A DNA stretch of 53,730 nucleotides from a virus (lineage: Duplodnaviria > Caudoviricetes): the IMG/VR virus record IMGVR_UViG_3300003319_000115, positions 1-53,730 of that record; one strand, given 5' to 3'. Under the pieces are notes generated by a model. The model was not told the origin of the DNA and did not search any database. It saw only the letters and a program-made list of their open reading frames with translations. A program made the translations under genes and the position numbers. Shown in pieces: positions 39,064 through 48,111 of the stretch. Positions within the stretch are counted from its first letter, which is position 1; the number at the start of each line of letters is the position of its first letter.

Positions 39064-39408
39064 ATGAACATTTTCGTTTTCGGTTCCAACTTGCAGGGTC
39101 GTCACGGTAAGGGAGCAGCGTTAGAAGCTGTTAAGCACCATGGCGCACAGTATGGCGTTGGTTACGGTCCACAGGGTCGCAGTTATGCGATTCCTACGAA
39201 GCGTACACCATATGAGACGCTTCCATTAAGTGAGATAGAACCTTACATTAAGCAATTCATTCGCTTCGCTATCAATCACCCACAGCACACTTTTAACGTA
39301 ACTCGCATTGGTTGTGGTTTAGCTGGATATAAAGACGCTGATATTGCTCCATTGTTCACTGGGGCTCCGCAGAATGTTAACCTTCCGGAGAATTGGAGAA
39401 ACTACTAA
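39064..39408 (+). CDS. A1S_2505-family macrodomain-like protein
   Basis: IFVFGSNL.GRHGKGAA, G.SYAIPT, F.VTRIGCGLAG, IAPLF. Confidence 0.85.
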   Translation: MNIFVFGSNLQGRHGKGAALEAVKHHGAQYGVGYGPQGRSYAIPTKRTPYETLPLSEIEPYIKQFIRFAINHPQHTFNVTRIGCGLAGYKDADIAPLFTGAPQNVNLPENWRNY

Positions 39409-39635
39409 TGAACATTTTCACTAAGGAGGAGCTTAAGATGCTTATGATTGACCACGATACTCCCGCTACCATGAACAACGCTTGGAAGGACGATCCGAAG
39501 CTGAAGGACAAGCCTTTCGAAATCCTCGATCTTATCATGGTCAAGGCAAAGGGAGATAATTACATTCCGCGTTCACGGTGCGTTTGTCGTCGTAACAACA
39601 TTACTGGTGAGTGGGAAGTTAAGTATCTAGATTGA
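39408..39635 (+). CDS. hypothetical protein
   Basis: TAATG coupling to the upstream gene. Confidence 0.6.
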   Translation: MNIFTKEELKMLMIDHDTPATMNNAWKDDPKLKDKPFEILDLIMVKAKGDNYIPRSRCVCRRNNITGEWEVKYLD

Positions 39636-39639
39636 GATT

Positions 39640-40035
39640 AAGTTACTACGGGGATTAAATGATACGAAAGTATCATACTAGTCCATACTTTCGTATACAT
39701 TACCCTCTCACCTCAATAAAGTAACAAACACTCAATCAAAACTTAACTATGACCCACACAATAACGATTAAGTGGTGGACTAGCGATGGTTCTAAGAGCC
39801 CGTTTTAACGGAACCAAGTTTTTAGCGAGAAAATCACCGTAAGCGCTGCGCACGCCATGAATAAGAGTTAAGTGAGATTCTAACAGTACAAACTCACTTA
39901 ACTTCGTGTCTTTTGTATGGTTCCTAGGGCATTGTAAAAAGACGCCTGTAGAGTATCTGGTATCTGTGCTGGACTCTACAGTTGCACACAGATCGTCAGT
40001 AATGCTCACGTCTGATGAACCTAACAAAACGTGAG
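39640..40035 (+). ncRNA. candidate structured ncRNA
   Basis: Consecutive stems and an H-type pseudoknot ending at a terminator; no long plus-strand ORF. Confidence 0.5.
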
Positions 40036-40089
40036 AAGGGGACGGTTAGGATTTAGGTAGGCCACCTTAACCTAGCCGTCCCTTTTTTT
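40036..40089 (+). terminator. intrinsic terminator
   Basis: gggacggttagg...cctagccgtccc followed by T7. Confidence 0.8.
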
Positions 40090-40253
40090 ATTCGCCAGGT
40101 AACTACCAAAAAAGTCAAAAGACCTAAACAGCTATGATTAATACATCGGTTAGTGCTCAACGTGCTTCCTTACTCTTACTGTTCCCTATCGCCCGCTGCA
40201 CCCACCATTAACCCCCAGGACGGGGACTTAAGCTAGGAGCGGAATTAACTCAA

Positions 40254-40949
40254 ATGCAATTCTATATCGGCTTACATGTTCCGGGCCATTGTTCACAGTT
40301 CTCTCACTCAATGGTAAGCGTCAACAGACTTCGTTACCTCGTTAAACACTTTACCCCAAACAAGTGGATTCTCGATAGTGGGGCATTTACAGAAATCAGC
40401 AAGTATGGAGAATACCGGCACAGCGTTGCCACTTACGCTAAAACCATAGAGAAGTGGAGAAGGAGCGGAACTCTACATGCCGTTGTGTCACAAGACTATA
40501 TGTGTGAACCCTTCATATTGAAGCGTTGGGGAACTACAGTTAGGGAGCATCAAGTTAAAACAGTATTACGTTACCTTGAATTACAATCACTCACCACCGT
40601 TTACATAATGCCCGTCCTACAAGGTTATACTACTTATGAATACCTTGAACACATCGAAATGTATATTGATTATATCTCACCTTCCCAGTGGATCGGAGTA
40701 GGTTCTGTGTGTAAGCGCAATACGAGTGACCCACAAGAAGTGTATAGGATACTTAGTGCTATTAAGAATCGCTTACCCGATATTAAACTCCATGGCTTTG
40801 GCTTGAAAGCTAATACTCTCAAAGACCCTAACATTTACTCACTTCTCCACTCCGCCGACTCAATGGCTTGGTCATTAAACGCAAAGCTTCAAGGCCGTGA
40901 CCCCAATGATATTAATGAAGCACTTAGATTCTGGCGCGAACTCAGTTAG
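40254..40949 (+). CDS. TGT-like (queuine tRNA-ribosyltransferase fold) protein, DpdA/DUF7221-like putative DNA base-exchange enzyme
   Basis: WILDSGAF, QDYMCEP, MPVLQG, IGVGSVC.R, LHGFG.K, SADSMAWS. Confidence 0.8.
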   Translation: MQFYIGLHVPGHCSQFSHSMVSVNRLRYLVKHFTPNKWILDSGAFTEISKYGEYRHSVATYAKTIEKWRRSGTLHAVVSQDYMCEPFILKRWGTTVREHQVKTVLRYLELQSLTTVYIMPVLQGYTTYEYLEHIEMYIDYISPSQWIGVGSVCKRNTSDPQEVYRILSAIKNRLPDIKLHGFGLKANTLKDPNIYSLLHSADSMAWSLNAKLQGRDPNDINEALRFWRELS

Positions 40950-40988
40950 TTGGAGCGGTGTTATTACTCTCTACCTTCTATTTAGACC

Positions 40989-41017
40989 TTGACAAAACCA
41001 GCCCCATGTGTTATATT
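40989..41017 (+). promoter_or_regulatory. sigma70-type promoter
   Basis: TTGACA-17bp-TATATT with TG extension. Confidence 0.8.
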
Positions 41018-41044
41018 GGGTTCACAACCCAACCCACACTAAAA

Positions 41045-41365
41045 ATGGTTAAAACCCTTTCCTCCCTCGACGAACACTTATCACCTATACACTTAGCAGT
41101 TCTAGATTTGTTCGATTTAGGTAATAACACCTACATGATTACCCGTATTAATGTGCCAAAACCACACAGAGGAAATGGAGTAGGTAGTAAGTTGTTGAGC
41201 ACTATTTGTAAAGATGCTGACGAATTAGGAGCCACATTAAAGCTAGAAATTAATTCGTATGGTGAAATGACAGACGCGCAACTAAAAGAGTGGTACAAAC
41301 GCTATGGTTTTGCGTACGATTTCGAAGAAAGACTATGGGTTAGAGAACCTAAGAGGATTACATGA
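41045..41365 (+). CDS. GNAT acetyltransferase
   Basis: INVPKPHRGNGVGSKLL acetyl-CoA motif; L.EWYKRYGF. Confidence 0.88.
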   Translation: MVKTLSSLDEHLSPIHLAVLDLFDLGNNTYMITRINVPKPHRGNGVGSKLLSTICKDADELGATLKLEINSYGEMTDAQLKEWYKRYGFAYDFEERLWVREPKRIT

Positions 41366-41704
41366 ACTCTCCTGAAAAATGCGTCGTATGTGGAGCGGAG
41401 TTAATGTCCTTTACGTATCGCAACCTAGTAGGTATCAAATTCTGTCGAGATTGTTACGATTCACCGTGGGGCGAGCACTTACTACAGGAAGTAAAAGAAA
41501 CTATCAACATTCTCGTTGACCAAAAGAAAAATGAAATTCAACGTAACCGTGACAAAGACCCTCACGTACACACAGAACGTAATCGTTGAGGGAAATACGT
41601 TTGCGCAAGCAACAGAGAAAGCGCGTCATGAACATGATGACTCATTGTTTTCTCTGACGTCCACCAAGATCAACACACCAAAAATTTTCAAGGTTGAGGA
41701 ATAG
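41362..41704 (+). CDS. two small ORFs (41362-41589 CxxC..CxxC protein; 41531-41704)
   Basis: CVVC...CRDC; overlapping arrangement. Confidence 0.55.
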
Positions 41705-41708
41705 TCCA

Positions 41709-41993
41709 ATGTCCATTCTCAAGAACGTTCTTGAAGTTCTCAAGAATAAGGATCAGCGCAACGAGCCTGAGCTGCGTTCAGCAGCACTAGAGGTAGTTCA
41801 GACGTTAGACAAAGACCTTGACGAACTTGATTATGAACCTTCGTCTAAGGTTGATAGTGCAATGGAAAATCTGTTGCAGAAAATTGATGAATTTGAAAAC
41901 ACGCCTCCAGTTGAAGTTGATGATGATGAGCTTGACGATGATGATGAGCTTGACGATGAGTTAGACAACGAGGACGAAGATGACATTACCTAA
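41709..41993 (+). CDS. highly acidic protein
   Basis: GAGGA SD; C-terminal DDDELDDDDELDDELDNEDEDD. Confidence 0.75.
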   Translation: MSILKNVLEVLKNKDQRNEPELRSAALEVVQTLDKDLDELDYEPSSKVDSAMENLLQKIDEFENTPPVEVDDDELDDDDELDDELDNEDEDDIT

Positions 41994-42384
41994 TGTAGCA
42001 TATAACAGTAGTACCATTCGAGTTGAAACTCCTAATGGTACTATGTTTGTGAATATCCTTGAGAACCAACAAGGAAATCCCTTCAAAGTAATTATCAACC
42101 TCGGTAAAGCAGGAACTCCAGTAAGTGCCTGGGCTAACGCTCTAGCAGAGTTATGTTCGGTATTACTAGAACGAGGGATGAGTATTACCGATCTAATCGT
42201 TCACCTTTCTGGTATTACTAGCGAGCGTTACAAAGCTTCAATTAATGGTCCTGTTGTTCGTTCTGGTCCAGCGGGCTTAGTTATTGCCTTGCTTAAATAC
42301 CGTGACAGTAATTACGCACCCATTATTGACGATGAACTTACCGACATCGAATATTACAGACCGCCAAGACTCCACAAAAGATAA
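41980..42384 (+). CDS. stand-alone TSCPD domain (class II RNR C-terminal-like)
   Basis: VETPNGTMFVNI..GNPFKV.I..GKAG....AL..L.S.LL..G.....I..L.GI...S.P. Confidence 0.8.
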   Translation: MTLPNVAYNSSTIRVETPNGTMFVNILENQQGNPFKVIINLGKAGTPVSAWANALAELCSVLLERGMSITDLIVHLSGITSERYKASINGPVVRSGPAGLVIALLKYRDSNYAPIIDDELTDIEYYRPPRLHKR

Positions 42385-43211
42385 GTGGTCAGTAACAGCG
42401 GATAAGCGTCATTCCAGCACATTGTTGATCTTCTCTTACGCTAACACCGTTCGTGGTTCCATTTCCGTTTACTCCGATAAGGAAGTACAACAATGGGAGA
42501 AAGCAATGGAGTTTATGAACACTCTAAACGTGTAGAGCTAATAGACAAAATAACACCAAGTCCCTATACAAGAGCCCAAAGTGTTTACACAATACTACGT
42601 AAACAAAATCTCTCAAATTGGGACTTGGTGTGTTTTTGTATAGAATTCTTAGCGTTACAAGCACATACGTACAACTGGCTCACAAGTTTCATTAAACCTC
42701 TAGCCCGAATCGTCTATACGACCCATTACTATGAAGGCGAATCCATTGGTTTATATGAAAATCCTAAAAGTGACACCCCACCGTAACACACTGTGGAAAT
42801 GCACTCACTGTGGTAAGTGTGGAAGCGGAAAGAAAGCGTACAAGGAACATCGTTGTACCACCCAACAAGAATTAGACTTAGTGGTAGAGTTAAACGATGA
42901 CAAAATTACTTGAAAACCAAAGACTAATTTTTGCTTACAATCGTCATTACGCAATCATGATTTGGACAGACAGTGAATGTGTCCAACATGACGCAGAAGC
43001 GATGACTGTAAACTTGGAAGATATTGGTATTGATGATTGGAATGAGTTTGTCACTGAACCAGGACTCTACCTATGGATCGGTAACATTCATATCCACACT
43101 CATAGCGGGCCTGATGATGATTATGATGTATGTTATACGACAAAGCAAGTGATTAAGTCTGATATTGAAGATGTAAAAAAGTTATTTACAGAACTTTCTA
43201 CTAGACCTTGA
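42332..43211 (+). CDS. run of small hypothetical ORFs (42332-42535, 42493-42786, 42755-42913 C2H2-like, 42897-43211)
   Basis: Overlapping ORFs; CTHCGK....EHRC. Confidence 0.5.
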
Positions 43212-43237
43212 CAAACGGGGGTCCAACGTGTTATATT
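43208..43237 (+). promoter_or_regulatory. sigma70-type promoter
   Basis: TTGACA-18bp-TATATT with TG extension. Confidence 0.7.
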
Positions 43238-43259
43238 GTGGACTCCAGCCACACCAAAA

Positions 43260-43790
43260 ATGACTTACTCGAAAAATCCTCGCGCAATTCTTATAGTTAA
43301 AGATCAACTCGATCAACTCGTACCAGCAACAAATGACATTACTTGGATCACTGATGATCCTGTTACGTTAGCGTATCGTCTACGTCAAGCATTTAATGTA
43401 GCACAAAGTTTTAAAACGAACTTTAGTCAGTATAGTAAGTTGAAGGATCAATACATTATCAAAGTAGAACGCAATAGGGTTACAGCTAAACTCCGTATCG
43501 TAGACGCTAAACCCCTCGTTCTTGATCCCCAAGAGTTCAAGAAATCAATCCCCAAGCTCACTTCCCCACTAACCGACGTATTTTCAATGGTTGGTTTACT
43601 AATTGCCAACCAGTATGAAGAAGTGTGGTTTAATGAAGCAGAGCTTAGTTCAGACGATCTTACTAAGCTTTACAAGTGGACTAGTAGCAACGGTTATAGT
43701 ATCATAAATGGTAATGGTATTACCGTAACTAAGAAAGATTGTGGAGAATTGGAATGGAAACCGAAGGAACAAAAAGTGGTCGATTCGTGA
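43260..43790 (+). CDS. hypothetical protein
   Basis: First ORF after the promoter. Confidence 0.65.
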   Translation: MTYSKNPRAILIVKDQLDQLVPATNDITWITDDPVTLAYRLRQAFNVAQSFKTNFSQYSKLKDQYIIKVERNRVTAKLRIVDAKPLVLDPQEFKKSIPKLTSPLTDVFSMVGLLIANQYEEVWFNEAELSSDDLTKLYKWTSSNGYSIINGNGITVTKKDCGELEWKPKEQKVVDS

Positions 43791-44155
43791 ACGTGATAAA
43801 CGAATCGACCACTAAAAGAGTATGGATTACGAATTACGCAGGACACAATTACGAGCGAGCGAAGTCATTTGGTGAGTTACGTTTTGTCACCAAGGGTTCC
43901 ATCAACTTTCAAAGCCTTGACCGTCTCAAGTTTCAAGTTGCTCAAGATTTGATGGAGATTCAGGAAGATGACTTTGTACTCCTTTCGGGAACGAACATTA
44001 TTAGTGTCATTACTTGCTTACTTGTTTATGAGAAATTTGGCCGTATCAACATTCTCAACTATGACAAATACACTGATACTTACCGAGTCCTAGTTGTTGA
44101 TAGTACTTCCAATAAAGACATAATCCGAGTCATAATGGGAGAGAAATCATTATGA
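43787..44155 (+). CDS. hypothetical alpha/beta protein
   Basis: GTGA overlap; HNYE.A..FGEL..D.VLLSG pattern. Confidence 0.6.
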   Translation: MNVINESTTKRVWITNYAGHNYERAKSFGELRFVTKGSINFQSLDRLKFQVAQDLMEIQEDDFVLLSGTNIISVITCLLVYEKFGRINILNYDKYTDTYRVLVVDSTSNKDIIRVIMGEKSL

Positions 44156-44331
44156 TTCGCAAACAGATTGAGTTAGACGAGGAAAACGTTGATTGGTTTT
44201 TTGCTACTTACGGTAACGCGAGCTTAAGCTGGGTGTTGAACCTGTTACTCTTAAAGTTTCGTGAAGCCCACACGCACACACCAACTGACTATGCTAAAAT
44301 TGGTGCCGAAGCATTAAAGGAGGAATTATGA
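44152..44331 (+). CDS. 59-aa ribbon-helix-helix-like protein
   Basis: MIRKQIELDEENVDWF...SLSWVLNLLL; ATGA overlaps both sides. Confidence 0.55.
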   Translation: MIRKQIELDEENVDWFFATYGNASLSWVLNLLLLKFREAHTHTPTDYAKIGAEALKEEL

Positions 44332-44630
44332 ATTATGAAGAACTTAAGCTAGTAATGGATAAGTTCAAAGAGGAACATGGTGATAGTAAGCCACCAAAGC
44401 TCTATGTTGTAGAATTACTTGTAAGTGAATATACAGATCGTTATTACCATGACCCAAACCATAACATTTGGTTAATGTCCAAAAGTGTTTGGGATAAGTT
44501 TGTAGAGATGTTGCCAGTGATTGAGCATAACACCGAACAATGGGGAATGCCCATTATCTTCGTTAAATCAATTTTTCATATTCCAGAGTATAAAAAAGAA
44601 ATCACTACCTTCCACAGCAAATATCTATAA
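44328..44630 (+). CDS. hypothetical protein
   Basis: GGAGG SD. Confidence 0.65.
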   Translation: MNYEELKLVMDKFKEEHGDSKPPKLYVVELLVSEYTDRYYHDPNHNIWLMSKSVWDKFVEMLPVIEHNTEQWGMPIIFVKSIFHIPEYKKEITTFHSKYL

Positions 44631-44632
44631 CA

Positions 44633-45583
44633 ATGGAACTAGAACCAGTACCTAAGCAAGTTTTCATGGCAGCTTTCCCTCGTTACGAGCCTCTCATTAA
44701 AGATTCTACCGCCATTGTAACCGCTAAAACCTGCTTTCGCAAATATTTCTATCGCATTGTTCTCGGTAGAGTTCCCGGTAACACAGCACCGTGGCTAACT
44801 TTTGGTGGGGCTTATCATAAGTTTAGAGAACATTTAGAGTTAGAATATAATAAGTTACTCAAAGAAGGAAAAACTAAAGAAGATGCCTGTCTATTCTCAT
44901 TTCAGCCCGCCCTTAAAGCAGGAGTAGACAACCTAGATAAGCGACACGTTACTCCCCCAGCAGGAACTCAATGGGATTTCTTTACCAAAGACAGGTTTAC
45001 GAAATCGTGTAAGGAAGCGTGGAAACATTGGGTTATCGAGAAGAAACAAAACAAAATTGAGGTCATTGCAATTGAACAAGCCTTCAATGTACAACTACGA
45101 GACGGTAGCTCGACATCTGGACGTTTTGATCAAATTATTCGGTGGAACGGAAAATTGTGGGGTAGAGATTTTAAGACGACCTCGAAAGAAGGAGCTTATT
45201 ATTCACGTACGTTGGAACCAAACGATCAATTTACGCGATATACTCTCAGTGAGTCCTTACTTTGCGGAGAACCTGTTCAGGGACAAATCATTGAAGTCCT
45301 TTACAATAGTAAATCTAAAGGACCACTCATCAGTGTCTATACGACTACAAGAACTCCCGAACAGTTAAAGAAGTGGGAAGATGAGTTAATTTTCTTTCAT
45401 CAGCTTCTTGCTATGTGTCGCGAGCAAGACAACTGGCCCATGATGGATAATTATTATCAATGTTCTCATTGCGACTACCATAGTGTATGTAAGAAACCCA
45501 ACGAAGCTGCACAAATGGCTCAGTTGCGCAATGAATACAAGTTGGAACCGTGGGATAATACGAGGATTGGAGTTGAGGATTAA
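44633..45583 (+). CDS. PD-(D/E)XK exonuclease (RecB/Cas4-like, Fe-S)
   Basis: C.RKY, FG.A.H, IE, GRFD...DFKT, C-terminal CSHCDY..VC. Confidence 0.88.
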   Translation: MELEPVPKQVFMAAFPRYEPLIKDSTAIVTAKTCFRKYFYRIVLGRVPGNTAPWLTFGGAYHKFREHLELEYNKLLKEGKTKEDACLFSFQPALKAGVDNLDKRHVTPPAGTQWDFFTKDRFTKSCKEAWKHWVIEKKQNKIEVIAIEQAFNVQLRDGSSTSGRFDQIIRWNGKLWGRDFKTTSKEGAYYSRTLEPNDQFTRYTLSESLLCGEPVQGQIIEVLYNSKSKGPLISVYTTTRTPEQLKKWEDELIFFHQLLAMCREQDNWPMMDNYYQCSHCDYHSVCKKPNEAAQMAQLRNEYKLEPWDNTRIGVED

Positions 45584-45619
45584 AGTTAACCCAACGTTGA
45601 AGATTAAAGTTAACCCAAC
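45572..45619. repeat. 24-bp tandem duplication
   Basis: gttgaggattaaagttaacccaac / gttgaagattaaagttaacccaac. Confidence 0.9.
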
Positions 45620-45624
45620 TAACA

Positions 45625-46093
45625 ATGCCCAAAACAACTTTGGTTACGCTCGAAAAGGAACTGGGGGAGCGGGGCTTTAATAAGTATCGCACACTAGCTC
45701 CCGCTGGTGATACTCAGCTAACCATTTGGCGTCGTAACGACGAAGAAATTATTACACTTTATTCCTCTTCCGGTATCTACGACATCTACTATCGTCTCAA
45801 CGACATCTCTGAACTCTCAGTGATTAATCCAAATGCCCAAGGTTAATACGGTTGTAAACATTATCACAATGGCAGGAACGACGATTAGTGTTCCTACTGA
45901 GGAAGATTGGACGAAGGTATCGGCAGAGGTGAGAAACTGTAAGAGTGGTTTGGTGAAGATTAAAGCTCTCGATCCACAAAATCCAGCTACGGAAGTAGAC
46001 TTTTACATTAATCCCGCTTGTGTCGCTATCATCGCCGTAGAAAAGCAATCAGTAATTGAAGCTCCACCTAAGCTTCTCACCAAACTTCAATGA
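45625..46093 (+). CDS. two small hypothetical ORFs (45625-45846, 45833-46093)
   Basis: Packed ORFs in the recombination operon. Confidence 0.6.
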
Positions 46094-46920
46094 ACTTCTA
46101 TCGCCTTCAAGATAAACCACCATTAGAAAGTAGCTCCACACTTGTCTATGGACACTCTGGAAGCGGAAAAACAACATTTATTGGTACAGCAGGCGATAGA
46201 ACGCTTATTATCAATAATGGAAAGGGAATTGACACGCTCTATAGTCCAGGATTTATCCGTAAGTACGGTCCCGTTAATCCCCTTGTCATTGACGTACGAG
46301 AAAGCGGGCCTGTGTCAGAAGGGGCTTCGGCTTTCAACCAGATGTCTGGCGCAATTTCAAAGGGGTTCCTCACCTTACGTGATGATTTCGACAACGTAGC
46401 AATTGATGATGGAACAATGATGAATCTGCACGCTAACCTTAAGGCAATTGAGGTAGCGGCAGAGTACAGAGGAAGCAAGACGTTAGGCGCAGCAAAGAAA
46501 CATAACTTAGTTGTGCTTGACGTGGGGGATTACAATTTCCAGTTCGCTTTACTTCACCAGTTCCTCACATGGCTCCGCGACTTATGCAAGGAACATAACA
46601 AACACTTAATAATCGCCGCCCACATTCGCGAGATTTACGGAAAGCTTAGTGGTCCCGGAGCAGAAGCACCATTACGTAGAGTGGTTCCTTCATTCTCCGG
46701 AAAGACATTTCCCGATTCTGTTGTTGCATTGTTCGATAATGTGTGGAAGTTTGAAGTAGTAAGCACGGCCCGTGAACCAATCTATCGTGCAATTACAATC
46801 GGGAACGAAATGACAGTAGCCAATACTTCAATGGGAGGAATACTTGATGAAAAGATAAATAATCCACATTTCTTACAACTGATGAAGAAGCTACAGGAAG
46901 CTAAGGCTAAGACTAAGTAA
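46090..46920 (+). CDS. AAA_24 / Sak4-like ATPase (recombinase)
   Basis: VYGHSGSGKTT Walker A, VAIDD Walker B, IIAAH; between exonuclease and SSB. Confidence 0.85.
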   Translation: MNFYRLQDKPPLESSSTLVYGHSGSGKTTFIGTAGDRTLIINNGKGIDTLYSPGFIRKYGPVNPLVIDVRESGPVSEGASAFNQMSGAISKGFLTLRDDFDNVAIDDGTMMNLHANLKAIEVAAEYRGSKTLGAAKKHNLVVLDVGDYNFQFALLHQFLTWLRDLCKEHNKHLIIAAHIREIYGKLSGPGAEAPLRRVVPSFSGKTFPDSVVALFDNVWKFEVVSTAREPIYRAITIGNEMTVANTSMGGILDEKINNPHFLQLMKKLQEAKAKTK

Positions 46921-46941
46921 TAACACTCAACTAAAACTAAA

Positions 46942-47397
46942 ATGCAATTCACTTTCGATCCCACTCAGGTTTCCGCTGGTATCAAGATTTTCGACAAGGG
47001 CACCTACGAGTTTGCTATCGGTCAGCCCAAGCCGTTCTTCAAGGATGCACAGAACGATAAGAGTGAGAACTTTGGTGTCCGTTATGTTCTCACTGATCGC
47101 GCTAGTGGTGATAAGTACATTCAGACGTGTTACATGCACAATCAGGGTGGACAGTCGTTCTCCAAGGGTTTCATGATGGCAGCGTATGGTTTCGCTCGCA
47201 ATCAGGAGAACGAGTTTAACGCTTTCTGCCGTAAGGAGTTCACGGAGAAGGATTATGCCTTCTCTCACGAGGACAACTCGGCTGGGCGTTATTGGACCGA
47301 AGTTGCGGGCAAGAACATTGTTGCTGACATGGACGTGCAGTTTGATGCCAAGTCCGGTAATCAGCAACAGAAGGTTCAGTTCAGACCGATTGAGTAA
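46942..47397 (+). CDS. single-stranded DNA-binding protein (DUF669-like)
   Basis: F.FD......GTYEF.I start, OB-like beta pattern, position after the Sak4-like gene. Confidence 0.6.
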   Translation: MQFTFDPTQVSAGIKIFDKGTYEFAIGQPKPFFKDAQNDKSENFGVRYVLTDRASGDKYIQTCYMHNQGGQSFSKGFMMAAYGFARNQENEFNAFCRKEFTEKDYAFSHEDNSAGRYWTEVAGKNIVADMDVQFDAKSGNQQQKVQFRPIE

Positions 47398-47515
47398 TTA
47401 ATAGGGAATGGTCCCGGTGAGTAGTAACAGACAACAGCCCTGTTAGGGTTTAAAAGGCGAACCAATACAATAGCCTTCCCTGTAAAACGAAATCCGGGCG
47501 CCCACCCAATTACTT

Positions 47516-47948
47516 ATGTTCAGGATTCAAGTTAATAAAAAGTATGAGAAGGGTGATCGTATTAGGCTTATAGCTCACACTCCGAATAAATCAAGTCCCA
47601 CCCTCTTATGGGGCTTAGTGATGATCTATAAGCATCCATATATTTGGGTTCGTACAAACTCTAATATACCCGCGAACAGTAGAGTAACAGTTCGTGATTA
47701 ATCATTGGCAGATTCATACAGCAGATAATAGATACTACGTCAGCTTTGAAGTTGCTGTAATGGTATTAGCTAGTTGGAAAGCTGACGAAGGTATTATTGA
47801 GTTCAGCAATTTAGCTGATACTACTATTGCACTCAATACTTGTGACATTGAATGCATCTTCGAAGTTACTGAGGAATCAGTAAGATTCGAAGCAAAGATG
47901 AAGAAAGATATTATTGCTATTCAAGACGAAGTAGAACATTACAGTTGA
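47516..47948 (+). CDS. two small hypothetical ORFs (47516-47701, 47694-47948)
   Basis: ORF track, overlap coupling. Confidence 0.5.
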
Positions 47949-48032
47949 GTTCTAGGTTGGTGCGTGGAGTTATAACGAGATAACAGAAGCGCATCAACCG
48001 GAGTGTTTAGTGTTAGTTAAACACTCCAAAAA

Positions 48033-48106
48033 ACCCCGATAGCTCAGTCGGTTAGAGCAACTGACTTTTAATCAGTAGGTCGTGGGTTCGATTCCCACTC
48101 GGGGTA
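48033..48106 (+). tRNA. tRNA-Lys(TTT)
   Basis: accccga/tcggggt acceptor, D arm, actga-ctTTTaa-tcagt, gtggg-ttcgatt-cccac; no encoded CCA. Confidence 0.95.
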
Positions 48107-48111
48107 TTTGA

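Noticed and set aside
40005-40035. Hammerhead ribozyme suggested by CTGATGA at 40012
   Set aside because: No stem II followed by GAAA and no three-stem junction
39640-40089. tmRNA (pseudoknot plus short ORF)
   Set aside because: No tRNA-like domain, T-loop or CCA end; the peptide lacks an Ala-rich degradation tag
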